This document shows positions 1-10,387 of a stretch of 64,000 nt of DNA, in pieces (the stretch's first letter is position 1; each line of letters opens with the position of its first letter). Below the pieces are notes generated by a model. The model did no database searches and was not told the origin of the DNA. It saw nothing but the letters and a program-made list of their open reading frames with translations. Both the position numbers and the translations under genes were made by a program. The DNA lies in the IMG/VR virus record IMGVR_UViG_3300024999_000055, positions 1 to 64,000 of that record, one strand, 5' to 3'. This DNA comes from a virus.

Positions 1-3000
1 TTACTGATGAATTAAAAACTAAACTTACAGCAACATTACAAAATCAAGATGGATTTAAAGATTTTAAACCTCAAGAATTAGATAATTTTGTTAGTAGTTT
101 ATTAAAATCACAAGATGTATTAGAGCAAATAAAAAAATCTGGTGGTATAGAAATATTTACTGCTAATTTAATAGATAATGGTTTTGCTAGTGCATTTAGT
201 AATATTAATAAAGATTTTAATGAATTAAGTAAAAATACTAATAAAACACAACAAGATATAGATGATTTTAATAATAATGCTGTAAGTAAATTAACAGAGA
301 AATTAAGTTATCTAGGCAATCCTGTTGCAGAGAACGTAGCAAAAGTAATAACAGATAAATTTGGTTTATCAATAAGTGAAGTAAAAGAAAAAATATTTGA
401 TTTTAATGGTGCTATAGAATCAATCCAAAAAACAACAACTGATACATCAGATAAAATAGAATTATACAATCAACTATTAGAAAAATCTAAAGAATCCAAT
501 AATGATGCAGCTCAAGAAGTAATGAAACACGTTGATAAACATAAAGATTTATATGATGTTGTTGATGTTGAAAATGGAATGTTGGTATTAAATACTTCTA
601 AACTTGAAGATTTAAGAAGTAAAACAATTGAAACAGCAATGGTAACTACTAAAGCAGAAATAGCAAAAGCTGAAGTAGTATCTATTCAAACACAGGCAAG
701 ATTAGCACAATATAATTTAGAAATTGAAAAATTAAATACATTAATAAATTTACAAAATTCATATGAAAATATTAGTAAAATTATAGACAGTCAAGTTGCA
801 TCAGGTGATCTTTCAAGAGTAGATGCTGTAGAAAGATTGGCACAAGCAAGTAGAGATATAGGGGACGCTTTTGTTGCTAATAAATTAAAAGAAGTAAAAA
901 CTCTTGAAGATGCAAAAAAAGTATATGGTGAATGGAGAAATTCACAAGGTTATAATGAATATGAAGATTCTAAAGAATCAGATGCAATGTGGGAAAAGAT
1001 TAAAGGATATGTAAAATTAAAAGATGCTGTAGAAAAAAGTAATGCAGTTATTAACTCTCCTAATCTTGGCGTTAAAGATCCTAACTCAACAACCAATGCA
1101 AAATCAGCAGAAGCATTAGCATGGGAAAAAGTAACAAATGAAATAAAAACTTACGATAATGCTCTTAAATCACTAGAAGATACCACTTCTAATATGATTA
1201 AAGGTTCTAAAGATCGTAGAGATGCACTTCATGCTGAGAATTTAAAAATAAAAGAACAGATTGATTATCTTAAACAACAAAGAGATGGGTTAAATAGCAC
1301 ATCTATTTCTACACCCACTTCTACAACTACCTCTAGTAATCTTACAGGAGTTAAATATGCAGATATTATAAAACGTGAAGTAGCTAAATATTCTAATTCA
1401 GGCATAACACCAGAACTTATTGCAGGTATGATAAAAATAGAATCTGGTTTTAATCCTAATGCTAAAAATACTAAATCTGGTGCTAGTGGTCTTATGCAAT
1501 TTTTACCTTCGACATGGAAAAGTGAAGGTGGAGGGGATGTATTTGATCCTGAATTAAATATTCAACGTGGAGTAGCATATCTTGCTAAACGTATTCAATG
1601 GGCAGGAGGAAATCTAAATGCTGGTATTAAAGGTTATGGTGAAGGTACGAATGAATATTTAAATAAAGTTTTAAATGCTTCCGGACAATTTGATAGTAAT
1701 TTATCAAGTATAACTGGAGTAACTTCTTCTCTTTCTAAATCTGAATTAACAACTGAAAAATTACTAGAAGATAGAGTAAAACATCAAGAAGAAATAAACT
1801 CTAAAATATTAGAATTAGAGAAGAAATTTGCTCAAAATTCTAAAGAATGGTATACAGATTTATGGCAAGAAACTGACAATATAATTGCTGAATTTGAACA
1901 AAAAAGCAATTTTTCAAAATCTAAATCAGAAAGTATGTCTAAATCTTCTCCTGAATACAGAGATGAATTAGAAATTCAGAAATTTAATACTACAGGTATT
2001 CAAAAACAATTAGCAGAACAAGCTAAACAAATGGATCAAGCCATTGAAAATATGAAGAAAGGAATCACAGAAGGTACTTTTAAAGATAAGCAATTCTTAG
2101 AAGAAACAATAGAAAAAAGAAAAGCATTATCTGCTAATTGGTGGAATAAACAAAAAGAAATAGTTGATAAACAAGCAGAAATAACTGCTAGTGAAGTTGA
2201 AGCAATAACAAATAAAATAGATGAATATAATATGTCATTATCTATTGCTCAATCTCAACAAGAGATGAATATAAAAGGAACAGAAAAATATAATAATGCT
2301 TTAAAAAATGAAATTCTTCAATATTCTAATATAGAATCTGCTTTAAAATCAAAACAAGCAATATATCAAAAAGAATTATCTGATACTGCTTTAGGAACAT
2401 TAAGATATGAGGAATTACAGAGAGCAATAAGTGATACAACTAAAGAAATATTAGATAATCAAAAAGCATTATATGATAAGAAAAAGCAAATCATAGATGA
2501 TACAATTTCTTTAATTAAAGAAGCATATGAAAAAGAAAAAGATATAGCATTAGATGCAATTGACGAACAAATGGAAGCAGAAGAAAAAAGACACGATCAA
2601 GTAAAAGATAATCTTGATGATGAATTAGATCAATATAAAGATTCTATTAATCAAAAATTAAAATTACTTGATGAATTATCTGCTACAGAAGATTATGATG
2701 ATAATATTAGTAAATTAAATAAAGAAAAATTAGATATTCAAAAGCAAATTGACTATTTAGGCAATGATGATTCATATGAAGCAAAAGAAAAAAGAGAAAA
2801 ATTATTAAAAGAATTAGCAGATAAACAAAATGAAATTGATAAAGCACAAAAAGATAGAGAAAAAGAATTAAGAAAAAATTCTTTGAATGATCAATTAGAT
2901 GCTTATGAAAAAGATGTTAAAGAAAAACAGGAAGCAGAAGATGATAAGTATGAAGCTGAAAAAGAAAGATTAGATAAACTTAAAACAGCTACAGAAAAAC

Positions 3001-3815
3001 ATTATCAAGATATGATTGATAATGAATTAAATTTTAATAATATAAGCAAAGAATTATTGAAAGGTAACATTGATAATACCATATCAGAATTAAAAAGATT
3101 ACTAGTATTTATTAAGAATAATATTAGTAATTTAGGTCAAGGTGTAGGAAATACTCTTGCTAATGATATAAACAATAGTATTGATCAATTGACTGGAAAT
3201 TTAGGTAGCAATAACAATCCTGTAAACTCAGGAAATAGTGGGAATAATGGTAATAATAATCAACATAGCCAATATTGGCCTTACAGATCGCAAATAAATA
3301 ATATTATTTATGATAAAAAAATGTGGCAACAAGGATATGAAACTGGCAATCAACAAATGATGAAAGATGCAGAAGAGGAAGCAAAATTATATTATAATCA
3401 ATTGCCAAGTAATATTGTTAATTTATTAAAAAGTATGAATTATAGCACTGCTTCTGATTGGTATAAGAACAATGTATATCATGAGGGTGGTTTAATATCT
3501 GGTGAAAACCCTTCTAAAATAATGGATATAGTAAATAAATTATTTAATACTTCTCCTAATGAAAGTATTGTAAAAATGTTAAAAGGAGAACTTGCTATTC
3601 CTGAAACAAATGTAATGAAAAACTTTATACCTAATATGCAGAATTTGGTTAATAGTTTTATACCTAATATAACTCCTTCAGTAGTAACAAATGGTGGTAA
3701 TAATTATTATCTTACAGTTGAAGTTGCTACTATGAATGCAAATAATAAAAAAGATGTTGATAGTGTTAGTAAATCTCTAATTGATGGGATAAGAAAATTA
3801 GGGAAATCAGTATAA
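1..3815 (+). CDS. Tail tape measure protein with SLT lytic transglycosylase domain (5'-truncated by window)
   Basis: Frame is open from base 3 into ORF 522..3815; long coiled-coil; SLT motifs 'IKIESGFNPNA..SGASGLMQF..NIQRGVAYL' at about 1370-1680; precedes Dit. Confidence 0.9.
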   Translation, partial: TDELKTKLTATLQNQDGFKDFKPQELDNFVSSLLKSQDVLEQIKKSGGIEIFTANLIDNGFASAFSNINKDFNELSKNTNKTQQDIDDFNNNAVSKLTEKLSYLGNPVAENVAKVITDKFGLSISEVKEKIFDFNGAIESIQKTTTDTSDKIELYNQLLEKSKESNNDAAQEVMKHVDKHKDLYDVVDVENGMLVLNTSKLEDLRSKTIETAMVTTKAEIAKAEVVSIQTQARLAQYNLEIEKLNTLINLQNSYENISKIIDSQVASGDLSRVDAVERLAQASRDIGDAFVANKLKEVKTLEDAKKVYGEWRNSQGYNEYEDSKESDAMWEKIKGYVKLKDAVEKSNAVINSPNLGVKDPNSTTNAKSAEALAWEKVTNEIKTYDNALKSLEDTTSNMIKGSKDRRDALHAENLKIKEQIDYLKQQRDGLNSTSISTPTSTTTSSNLTGVKYADIIKREVAKYSNSGITPELIAGMIKIESGFNPNAKNTKSGASGLMQFLPSTWKSEGGGDVFDPELNIQRGVAYLAKRIQWAGGNLNAGIKGYGEGTNEYLNKVLNASGQFDSNLSSITGVTSSLSKSELTTEKLLEDRVKHQEEINSKILELEKKFAQNSKEWYTDLWQETDNIIAEFEQKSNFSKSKSESMSKSSPEYRDELEIQKFNTTGIQKQLAEQAKQMDQAIENMKKGITEGTFKDKQFLEETIEKRKALSANWWNKQKEIVDKQAEITASEVEAITNKIDEYNMSLSIAQSQQEMNIKGTEKYNNALKNEILQYSNIESALKSKQAIYQKELSDTALGTLRYEELQRAISDTTKEILDNQKALYDKKKQIIDDTISLIKEAYEKEKDIALDAIDEQMEAEEKRHDQVKDNLDDELDQYKDSINQKLKLLDELSATEDYDDNISKLNKEKLDIQKQIDYLGNDDSYEAKEKREKLLKELADKQNEIDKAQKDREKELRKNSLNDQLDAYEKDVKEKQEAEDDKYEAEKERLDKLKTATEKHYQDMIDNELNFNNISKELLKGNIDNTISELKRLLVFIKNNISNLGQGVGNTLANDINNSIDQLTGNLGSNNNPVNSGNSGNNGNNNQHSQYWPYRSQINNIIYDKKMWQQGYETGNQQMMKDAEEEAKLYYNQLPSNIVNLLKSMNYSTASDWYKNNVYHEGGLISGENPSKIMDIVNKLFNTSPNESIVKMLKGELAIPETNVMKNFIPNMQNLVNSFIPNITPSVVTNGGNNYYLTVEVATMNANNKKDVDSVSKSLIDGIRKLGKSV

Positions 3816-3827
3816 TAAATAATATTT

Positions 3828-3865
3828 ACTATAGAATTGTTAATCTAATTTAGCCATTCTATAGT
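3828..3865 (+). terminator. Hairpin between tape measure and Dit genes
   Basis: ACTATAGAAT ... ATTCTATAGT inverted repeat. Confidence 0.45.
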
Positions 3866-3884
3866 TTAAATATTAATAATTGAG

Positions 3885-5255
3885 GTGATTATTATAATTA
3901 GAAATTCTACAAATTTTATTTTAAATGGTATCACAAATCAAGAGTTAAAAATTATAAATTGCAATATCAATAATGGAATGCAAGAAGAATTTTTTATGCA
4001 CCCCATTGAATTAACCACAACACAAATTAAAGGACGAGATGAATTATATTTACAATATAAAAGAAATAACACTTTTAATTTTAATGTAACTTTTGCGTTT
4101 GAAAATACTTTTACTAATAATGATCTTAGGGTATTAAAAAGATTATTAAATAGTGAATATTTTATTCCATTGCAATTTATTGATGAATCAGATGATCAAA
4201 CTTCCTTAAATTATATTTATTATATTATGTTATCAGATGAATCTACATTAACTCATAATTGTTTAAATCAAGGATATGTAACATTAAATTTTTCATCTAA
4301 ATCCCCTTATTCTTTTTCAAATTTTATGGAATCTCAATTATATGATTTTTCTTCTATAACAGAAACAATAACAATACTCAATGATAGTTTATCATCTAAT
4401 GCTAATAATATTTGGAAAACTCAATCAGGTAGTTTTACTTATTCAGCAAGTGGTGCGACAAGTACAGCACTTAATTCTATAATTTATTCAGGTGATAATA
4501 CATGGGAACCTTTAATTGGTTCTGATAATACTTCTTTACCTATAACTGCACAAATAACATTTACTACTCCTAATAATTTAACAGGATTATCTATTTTAGG
4601 ACTCTTGGATATAAGAAAAGATAATACTAATATGTATAGATGTAAAATTACTAGTTCTACAATGTATTTATCTAAGGTAATATCTGGTACAAATACAGAT
4701 TTATCTACTATAAGTAATACTATTAATATTAATACAACATATACAATTACTTTATCTCTAACTTCTGTAGGTGTTTTAACAGCAAAATTATATTCTGGGG
4801 TAAATATAAGTGGAACATTATTACAAACAATTACAACAACAAATACATTATTAACGGGTGGTTTTTCAATAGGTATTGGTGGAGATACAGGAGTTATTCT
4901 TAAAAATGCTATTTTTACTACTCCTGATATTTATCCACAAAATGATATTATATTTGTTAATAATGGTGATATTAATTGTAAACCAGAAATATATATTGAA
5001 AAAGTAAAAAATGGAGATTTTTCTATTGTTAATTTATCTAATTCAGGAATAGAATTTAAATTTACCGGATTATTAGATGAAGAAGAATTAGAGATAAGTA
5101 ATGAATATGAAATTATTAATACTTCTTTGGTTGCCACTTATCGTTATGATAATCATAATGGGATTTTTTTAAATTTACTACCTTATAGTGTAAATAATTT
5201 AAGAGTAATAGGTACGGCAAAGTTTTATTTTAAATATCAATATAAATATTTGTAG
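3885..5255 (+). CDS. Distal tail protein (Dit) with inserted beta-rich module
   Basis: Position after TMP; Dit-like N-terminus (..GYVTLNFSSKSPY) and C-terminus (NNGDINCKPEI..NNLRVIG) split by a roughly 190-aa S/T/G-rich insert. Confidence 0.75.
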   Translation: MIIIIRNSTNFILNGITNQELKIINCNINNGMQEEFFMHPIELTTTQIKGRDELYLQYKRNNTFNFNVTFAFENTFTNNDLRVLKRLLNSEYFIPLQFIDESDDQTSLNYIYYIMLSDESTLTHNCLNQGYVTLNFSSKSPYSFSNFMESQLYDFSSITETITILNDSLSSNANNIWKTQSGSFTYSASGATSTALNSIIYSGDNTWEPLIGSDNTSLPITAQITFTTPNNLTGLSILGLLDIRKDNTNMYRCKITSSTMYLSKVISGTNTDLSTISNTININTTYTITLSLTSVGVLTAKLYSGVNISGTLLQTITTTNTLLTGGFSIGIGGDTGVILKNAIFTTPDIYPQNDIIFVNNGDINCKPEIYIEKVKNGDFSIVNLSNSGIEFKFTGLLDEEELEISNEYEIINTSLVATYRYDNHNGIFLNLLPYSVNNLRVIGTAKFYFKYQYKYL

Positions 5256-5427
5256 TGGTATTAATAGAATATAAATATAATTATACTTGACTTTGTGATA
5301 TTAGGTATGTTAATATAATAGTAGAAATATTAGTTGGTTTTAGCGATTTGATATGTTACTTCCTTTCTACTTTTGAAAAATACATATACATGGTGTATAA
5401 TATATTGTGGATAAGGAGTGAGTTGAG

Positions 5428-5628
5428 ATGACAGTAAAAAATAGATTGAAGGAAATATTGGATGAGCGTGGAACAAAAAATGTATGGTTGGCTGAAAAAG
5501 CAAATGTGAATAATTCAACGCTTGGAAATATAATAAAAAATAGACATAACCCAAGTATAGAAGTTGCTATTAAAATTGCAAGAGCGTTAGGTATGAAGGT
5601 TGAAGATATTTGGATTGTTGAAGATTAG
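5428..5628 (+). CDS. Cro/XRE-family HTH regulator
   Basis: 'KNRLKEILDERG..WLAEKANV..NPSIEVAIKIARALG..VEDIW'; SD AAGGAGTG. Confidence 0.9.
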   Translation: MTVKNRLKEILDERGTKNVWLAEKANVNNSTLGNIIKNRHNPSIEVAIKIARALGMKVEDIWIVED

Positions 5629-5673
5629 GATTATTGTATATTAAAAAATTTTATTGTATATTGAAATTTATTA

Positions 5674-5702
5674 TTGACAACAATAATTTTATCCTCTATA
5701 AT
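5674..5702 (+). promoter_or_regulatory. sigma-A promoter preceded by TTATTGTATATT direct repeats (5631, 5651)
   Basis: TTGACA-17-TATAAT. Confidence 0.8.
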
Positions 5703-5766
5703 AAGTTTATAAGTTGGTAGCAACATTTAACTAACTTGTAAATTTAAATATGGAGGTGTTTTTATT

Positions 5767-6087
5767 TTGTTCAATCAATTAACTAATTTAGAATTTGAAG
5801 AAATCATGGGAAACTTAACAGATGGACTTTGGTTGAAAGTAGTTTGCGATAGTGTAACAGTAAATGTATTCTATCCAGAGTTTGAATTTTTAGTATTTAA
5901 TTCTGGTAAATATCAATTTGGACACTTAGAGTATAACGAGGAAAACAATTATCAGAATATTTGTATTGATACAGATAATGTTGTTGAAATACATAGGAAT
6001 AAATACTCTCCTATGTTTCGTGCTGAACAAATTATTTTAACTATGTATGATGATGTTAGAATATTTTTAGAAACAGAAAATTGTTAG
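5767..6087 (+). CDS. Hypothetical protein (moron 1)
   Basis: SD GGAGGTG, TTG start, 106 aa. Confidence 0.7.
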   Translation: MFNQLTNLEFEEIMGNLTDGLWLKVVCDSVTVNVFYPEFEFLVFNSGKYQFGHLEYNEENNYQNICIDTDNVVEIHRNKYSPMFRAEQIILTMYDDVRIFLETENC

Positions 6088-6118
6088 GATAATTGTTTAG
6101 TATAATTATTAGGAGGTA

Positions 6119-6328
6119 TTGATAATGTTAAAAAGAAAACCGATTATTTGTGTCAAAGATTCTAATGATTCAAAGATATTCAGTTATAAGAATTGTTTTA
6201 TTGGATGGGCATTAGATATCCCTATTGAATTTTTAACTGACCTTAACTATAAACAATTCTGTAAGTTTTTAGATGTTGGATATCCTAGTCATCAGATTGA
6301 GAAATTTGAATTGACTGGTAAATTCTAA
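6119..6328 (+). CDS. Hypothetical protein
   Basis: SD AGGAGGT, 69 aa. Confidence 0.6.
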   Translation: MIMLKRKPIICVKDSNDSKIFSYKNCFIGWALDIPIEFLTDLNYKQFCKFLDVGYPSHQIEKFELTGKF

Positions 6329-6349
6329 CCCTTTTATATCTAATTTTTC

Positions 6350-6378
6350 TTGACACATTTATTTTTATATTGTATAAT
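6350..6378 (+). promoter_or_regulatory. sigma-A promoter
   Basis: TTGACA-17-TATAAT. Confidence 0.8.
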
Positions 6379-6549
6379 AGTATACAAATAGGTAACTTGT
6401 ACTATTATATTGTTAATTTAAAGGTGGTGTTATTATGAGAATTAGAGATAGTCCTTTAATTATGGTTTATAATTAGTTAATAAATTTTATAAAAAATAAT
6501 AAATTTAAAATTAAAGGAATATAAAATAAAAGGAGAATGTGATAATCAC

Positions 6550-7353
6550 ATGGAAAATAATTTAATGATTTTTGACAATGAAGAATTTGGACAGGTTAGA
6601 TGTATTAAAATTGATGATAAACCTTATGCAGTAGCAAATGATGTTGCCAAAGCATTAGGATATAGCAATACAAGGGATGCAATTACCAAGCATTGCAGGG
6701 GTGTCGCAACCTACGACATCCTTACAAATGGAGGTATACAGGAAATGAATGTAATTCCTGAAGGTGATATTTATCGTCTGATTGTTAAAGCAGCAGATCA
6801 AAATAAGAATTTAGAAATTAAGGCAAAAGCAGAAAAATTTGAAAAATGGGTATTTGAAGATGTTCTTCCTTCTATTCGCAAACATGGTGCATACATAACT
6901 GATGAAGTATTAGATAATATAATCATCAGTCCAGAATACGGTATTAAATTATTTACAGTATTAAAGGAAGAAAAAGATAAAAGAATTGAAGCAGAAAATA
7001 AATTATTAGAACAGCAACCAAAAGTAGATATGTATGATGCTATAATGGATGATAGTGGTTTATTGAATTTTATTCAAGTTGCTGGTTTATTTGGAGAATG
7101 TGGACGCAATTCTCTCATGAAAATATTGCGAGAATCGAAGATCCTCATGGATGGTGAATTTACAAGAAATGTTCCTTATTCTCAGTATTTAGGTGATAAC
7201 GGATATTTTGAAACTGTGGTAAGACCAAGAAAAACAAAAGAGGGAATGCAAGATATAATTACTACACTTTGCAAACCCAAAGCGTTAACACTAATTAAGA
7301 AAGTTTTAGATAAAAAGAAAGAAAAAGAAAATTTACTTGAAGAAGCGAATTAA
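6550..7353 (+). CDS. Phage antirepressor, BRO-N plus KilA-C (ANT) domains
   Basis: 'FDNEEFGQVR..DVAKALGY..IPEGDIYRLI..WVFEDVLPSIRKHGAY' and 'QQPKVDMYD'. Confidence 0.9.
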   Translation: MENNLMIFDNEEFGQVRCIKIDDKPYAVANDVAKALGYSNTRDAITKHCRGVATYDILTNGGIQEMNVIPEGDIYRLIVKAADQNKNLEIKAKAEKFEKWVFEDVLPSIRKHGAYITDEVLDNIIISPEYGIKLFTVLKEEKDKRIEAENKLLEQQPKVDMYDAIMDDSGLLNFIQVAGLFGECGRNSLMKILRESKILMDGEFTRNVPYSQYLGDNGYFETVVRPRKTKEGMQDIITTLCKPKALTLIKKVLDKKKEKENLLEEAN

Positions 7354-7359
7354 TATATT

Positions 7360-7390
7360 AAGAGGTGATATAAATTATCATCTCTTTTTT
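7360..7390 (+). terminator. Intrinsic terminator
   Basis: AAGAGGTGATA..TATCATCTCTT followed by T-tract. Confidence 0.7.
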
Positions 7391-7432
7391 ATTTTCAATA
7401 AATAAAAATATTAATACAAGAGGTGAAATTTA

Positions 7433-10387
7433 TTGTCATTTGAAATTGATTATTCAAAAATTGGACAAAAACCAGATTTATATGTATGTAGGCCAAATTT
7501 AACAATAATTGGTAAATTATCAGATGCTTTTAATATAAAACTAAATTTAAAATTATCGCAAATAAATGAACTTTCATTCTCATTAAATTATTATAAAGAT
7601 ATTAATCATAAAAATGTTGTAAATCCAAATTATAATTTACTCAAACATAGGTATTTAATTAAATTTGTTTTAAATGATTATGTTGAATATTTTTTAATTA
7701 ATTTACCAGAAGATAGTGACTCTGAAGATAGCACAATAAAAAATATATCTTGTTTTTCTTTGGCATATAAGTTAAGTGACGAATTAATAAATGGATACAA
7801 AACAACTGTTTCTGTGAATGCTACTACTGTGCTGACAGATATTCTTAGTGATACTGCATGGTCTGTTGGTTTTGTTCACAATGATTTTAATATAATGTTC
7901 CGACAATTTGAAATTACTGGAAAATCTGCGTTGGATGCAATTTATGATATTGCTAATACTTTTGGAGCACTTGTTGTATACGATACTTTAAATTATACAG
8001 TTAATTTTTATAAATTAGAGACATATGGATTAGATAGAGGGTTAACATTTAAATATGGTAAATATTTGAAGTCAATAAATAATACAATAAATCCTGATTC
8101 ATTTTGTACACAATTTTATTGCTATGGTAAAGATAATATTTCTATTGCTGGTGTTAACACTACAGGAATGCCATTTTTGCAGAATTTTACATATTTTTTG
8201 TACCCTTTCACTAAATCCGAAGATGGTAGTGTATTAATTCATAGTGATTATATGTCGGATAGTCTAGCAAGTTCTATATTACAGTACAATAATTTATTAT
8301 CTACAAAAGAAGGAGATTTTAACGATTTATTAACACAAAAGATAGCATTACAAGAAACTTTAGATACTAGCGAAACTGACTTTACAGATTTAAAAACAGA
8401 AATGTATGTAATTTTAGATGCTCTTGATATCGCTCAATCAAATAATCAAGATACTACTTCTTTAATTACAGATAGGAATAATAAACAAATAGAATTAGAT
8501 AATAAATATAAAGAAATTAATTCAATATTATTTGATATAACTATTACAAATAGTTGTAATACTAGTGGTAATATTAATTTAACTATTGATGATAAAGTAA
8601 TAGATATTCCATTGCTATTAGGGGATACAATAAATACTGTTGCTATTAAAATAACTAATTATATTAATAGTAAATACTATAATTATGATAACAAATTCCC
8701 TCTGATTCCTACATTTAAATGTAGTGTTGTTAATGGAGTTATTAGTATAATATATTTTACAACTAAAGATAAAGCAGATTTTAATATTACATTTACTGAT
8801 ACAGATAGTACAGGAGTTACTTGTACTATTGGAACAAAAACAAATAATGGTTTAGAGAATCAAATTAGTAATATAAATAATCAGATGGATGATTTAACTG
8901 ATTTATTGTCAATGAGTGAAAATTTTACATCAGAACAAATATTAGAATTAAAAAGGTCATTTATAATTAAAAAAGAGGTTAGGAATGAGTATATTTCGGA
9001 TGCTCAAGAATTGTTAAAATGGGGAAAGTTGGAATTTGCAAAAATTTATCAACCTCCGACAATAATTGAGATCGATATAGTTGATCTTTTTAGTTGTATT
9101 GATATTGGTTGTCAACATGATCGTAATAAATTGCAATTATCAGAAATTGTAAATGTAAAATATGATAAATTTAATGTTAATGTAAAGGCAAAAATTAATG
9201 AAATAGAGTATGATTTTGAAAATAGTGATATTAAGGTTGTGATTTCGGATGTTAAGGAAATCAATAAGGATAAAGACAAATATTTACAATTATTAAATAA
9301 AACAATAAATGCTGGGATTGCTGTAGAAGCAAATAAAGATAGTTGGAATGGTGTTGACAATATTAAAAGTGATGTTAATGATATATTAAATAATAAATGG
9401 GATTCATCTTTAAGAGAAATACTGGCAGGTGTAAATGAATCAGTTGAAATTAATGGTAGAGGAATTACTATAACTAATCCTAATGATGTCCAAAAAGCAA
9501 TTCGTCTTATGCATGGTGTGATAGGTATTACTACAAATGGATGGAATTCTTTGGATGTTGCAATTGATGGGACTGGTGTATATGCTAGAAAATTGATTGG
9601 ACAAATAGTAGCTTCAACTATATTAACAATTACTAATGAAGCAGGTAATTTTTCCGTAGATCAAAACGGCGTAACTATTGAAGATATGTCATTAGTGATA
9701 ACAAAAAGTGATAGTAAAAGCAGAATAATGATGAATATTTTAGATGGAATAAAAATACAAAAAAATACAGGGACTATAGATACCCCTGTATGGATAGATG
9801 TATTTTATGTTAATAGTGATGGTGATATTGTAACTGTAGGATATATTGAGATTGGTGTTGGGGATGCTGTGTTCAAAGCAGATAATAACGGTATTTATTT
9901 AGGAAGTCAAAACTTTGAAGATGCGCCATTTAGAATTGCATTATCTGGTGCATTAACAGCAGAAAACGCAGATATAAATGGAAATATTGATTGTAATACA
10001 TTAAAGATAAATGGGACAAATATTCTAGATACTATTGATAATGTAAAAACTATTAATGGTCAATATTTATCTACCAATAGTGTTCCTGCAACTAAAATTA
10101 ATACTACAGACTTATATGCAGAAAGAATTAAACAACCAGGATATGAAAATAATTATGGTAAAATTGGTGGCACTTATGGTGATTTAGTATTGTATTATAG
10201 TAATGATGAATTTTTTAGAATATATAATGATTTAACAAACGTATCATTAAGATATAAAGGTACTGAATTTATTTATTCGGATGGTGCTAATACTTATCCT
10301 AAAGGAAATTGGAAGTTTAAATATTCTACAGTAGATTTTACTGATGCAACAGTAAATGGATTAAATATTGTTGCAAAATTTGGTTAA
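7433..10387 (+). CDS. Tail spike/Tal-like minor structural protein
   Basis: Prophage tail-hub-like N-terminus ('GLDRGLTFKYGKYLKSI'), coiled-coil, beta-repeat C-terminus ending 'AKFG'; position in tail module. Confidence 0.8.
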   Translation: MSFEIDYSKIGQKPDLYVCRPNLTIIGKLSDAFNIKLNLKLSQINELSFSLNYYKDINHKNVVNPNYNLLKHRYLIKFVLNDYVEYFLINLPEDSDSEDSTIKNISCFSLAYKLSDELINGYKTTVSVNATTVLTDILSDTAWSVGFVHNDFNIMFRQFEITGKSALDAIYDIANTFGALVVYDTLNYTVNFYKLETYGLDRGLTFKYGKYLKSINNTINPDSFCTQFYCYGKDNISIAGVNTTGMPFLQNFTYFLYPFTKSEDGSVLIHSDYMSDSLASSILQYNNLLSTKEGDFNDLLTQKIALQETLDTSETDFTDLKTEMYVILDALDIAQSNNQDTTSLITDRNNKQIELDNKYKEINSILFDITITNSCNTSGNINLTIDDKVIDIPLLLGDTINTVAIKITNYINSKYYNYDNKFPLIPTFKCSVVNGVISIIYFTTKDKADFNITFTDTDSTGVTCTIGTKTNNGLENQISNINNQMDDLTDLLSMSENFTSEQILELKRSFIIKKEVRNEYISDAQELLKWGKLEFAKIYQPPTIIEIDIVDLFSCIDIGCQHDRNKLQLSEIVNVKYDKFNVNVKAKINEIEYDFENSDIKVVISDVKEINKDKDKYLQLLNKTINAGIAVEANKDSWNGVDNIKSDVNDILNNKWDSSLREILAGVNESVEINGRGITITNPNDVQKAIRLMHGVIGITTNGWNSLDVAIDGTGVYARKLIGQIVASTILTITNEAGNFSVDQNGVTIEDMSLVITKSDSKSRIMMNILDGIKIQKNTGTIDTPVWIDVFYVNSDGDIVTVGYIEIGVGDAVFKADNNGIYLGSQNFEDAPFRIALSGALTAENADINGNIDCNTLKINGTNILDTIDNVKTINGQYLSTNSVPATKINTTDLYAERIKQPGYENNYGKIGGTYGDLVLYYSNDEFFRIYNDLTNVSLRYKGTEFIYSDGANTYPKGNWKFKYSTVDFTDATVNGLNIVAKFG

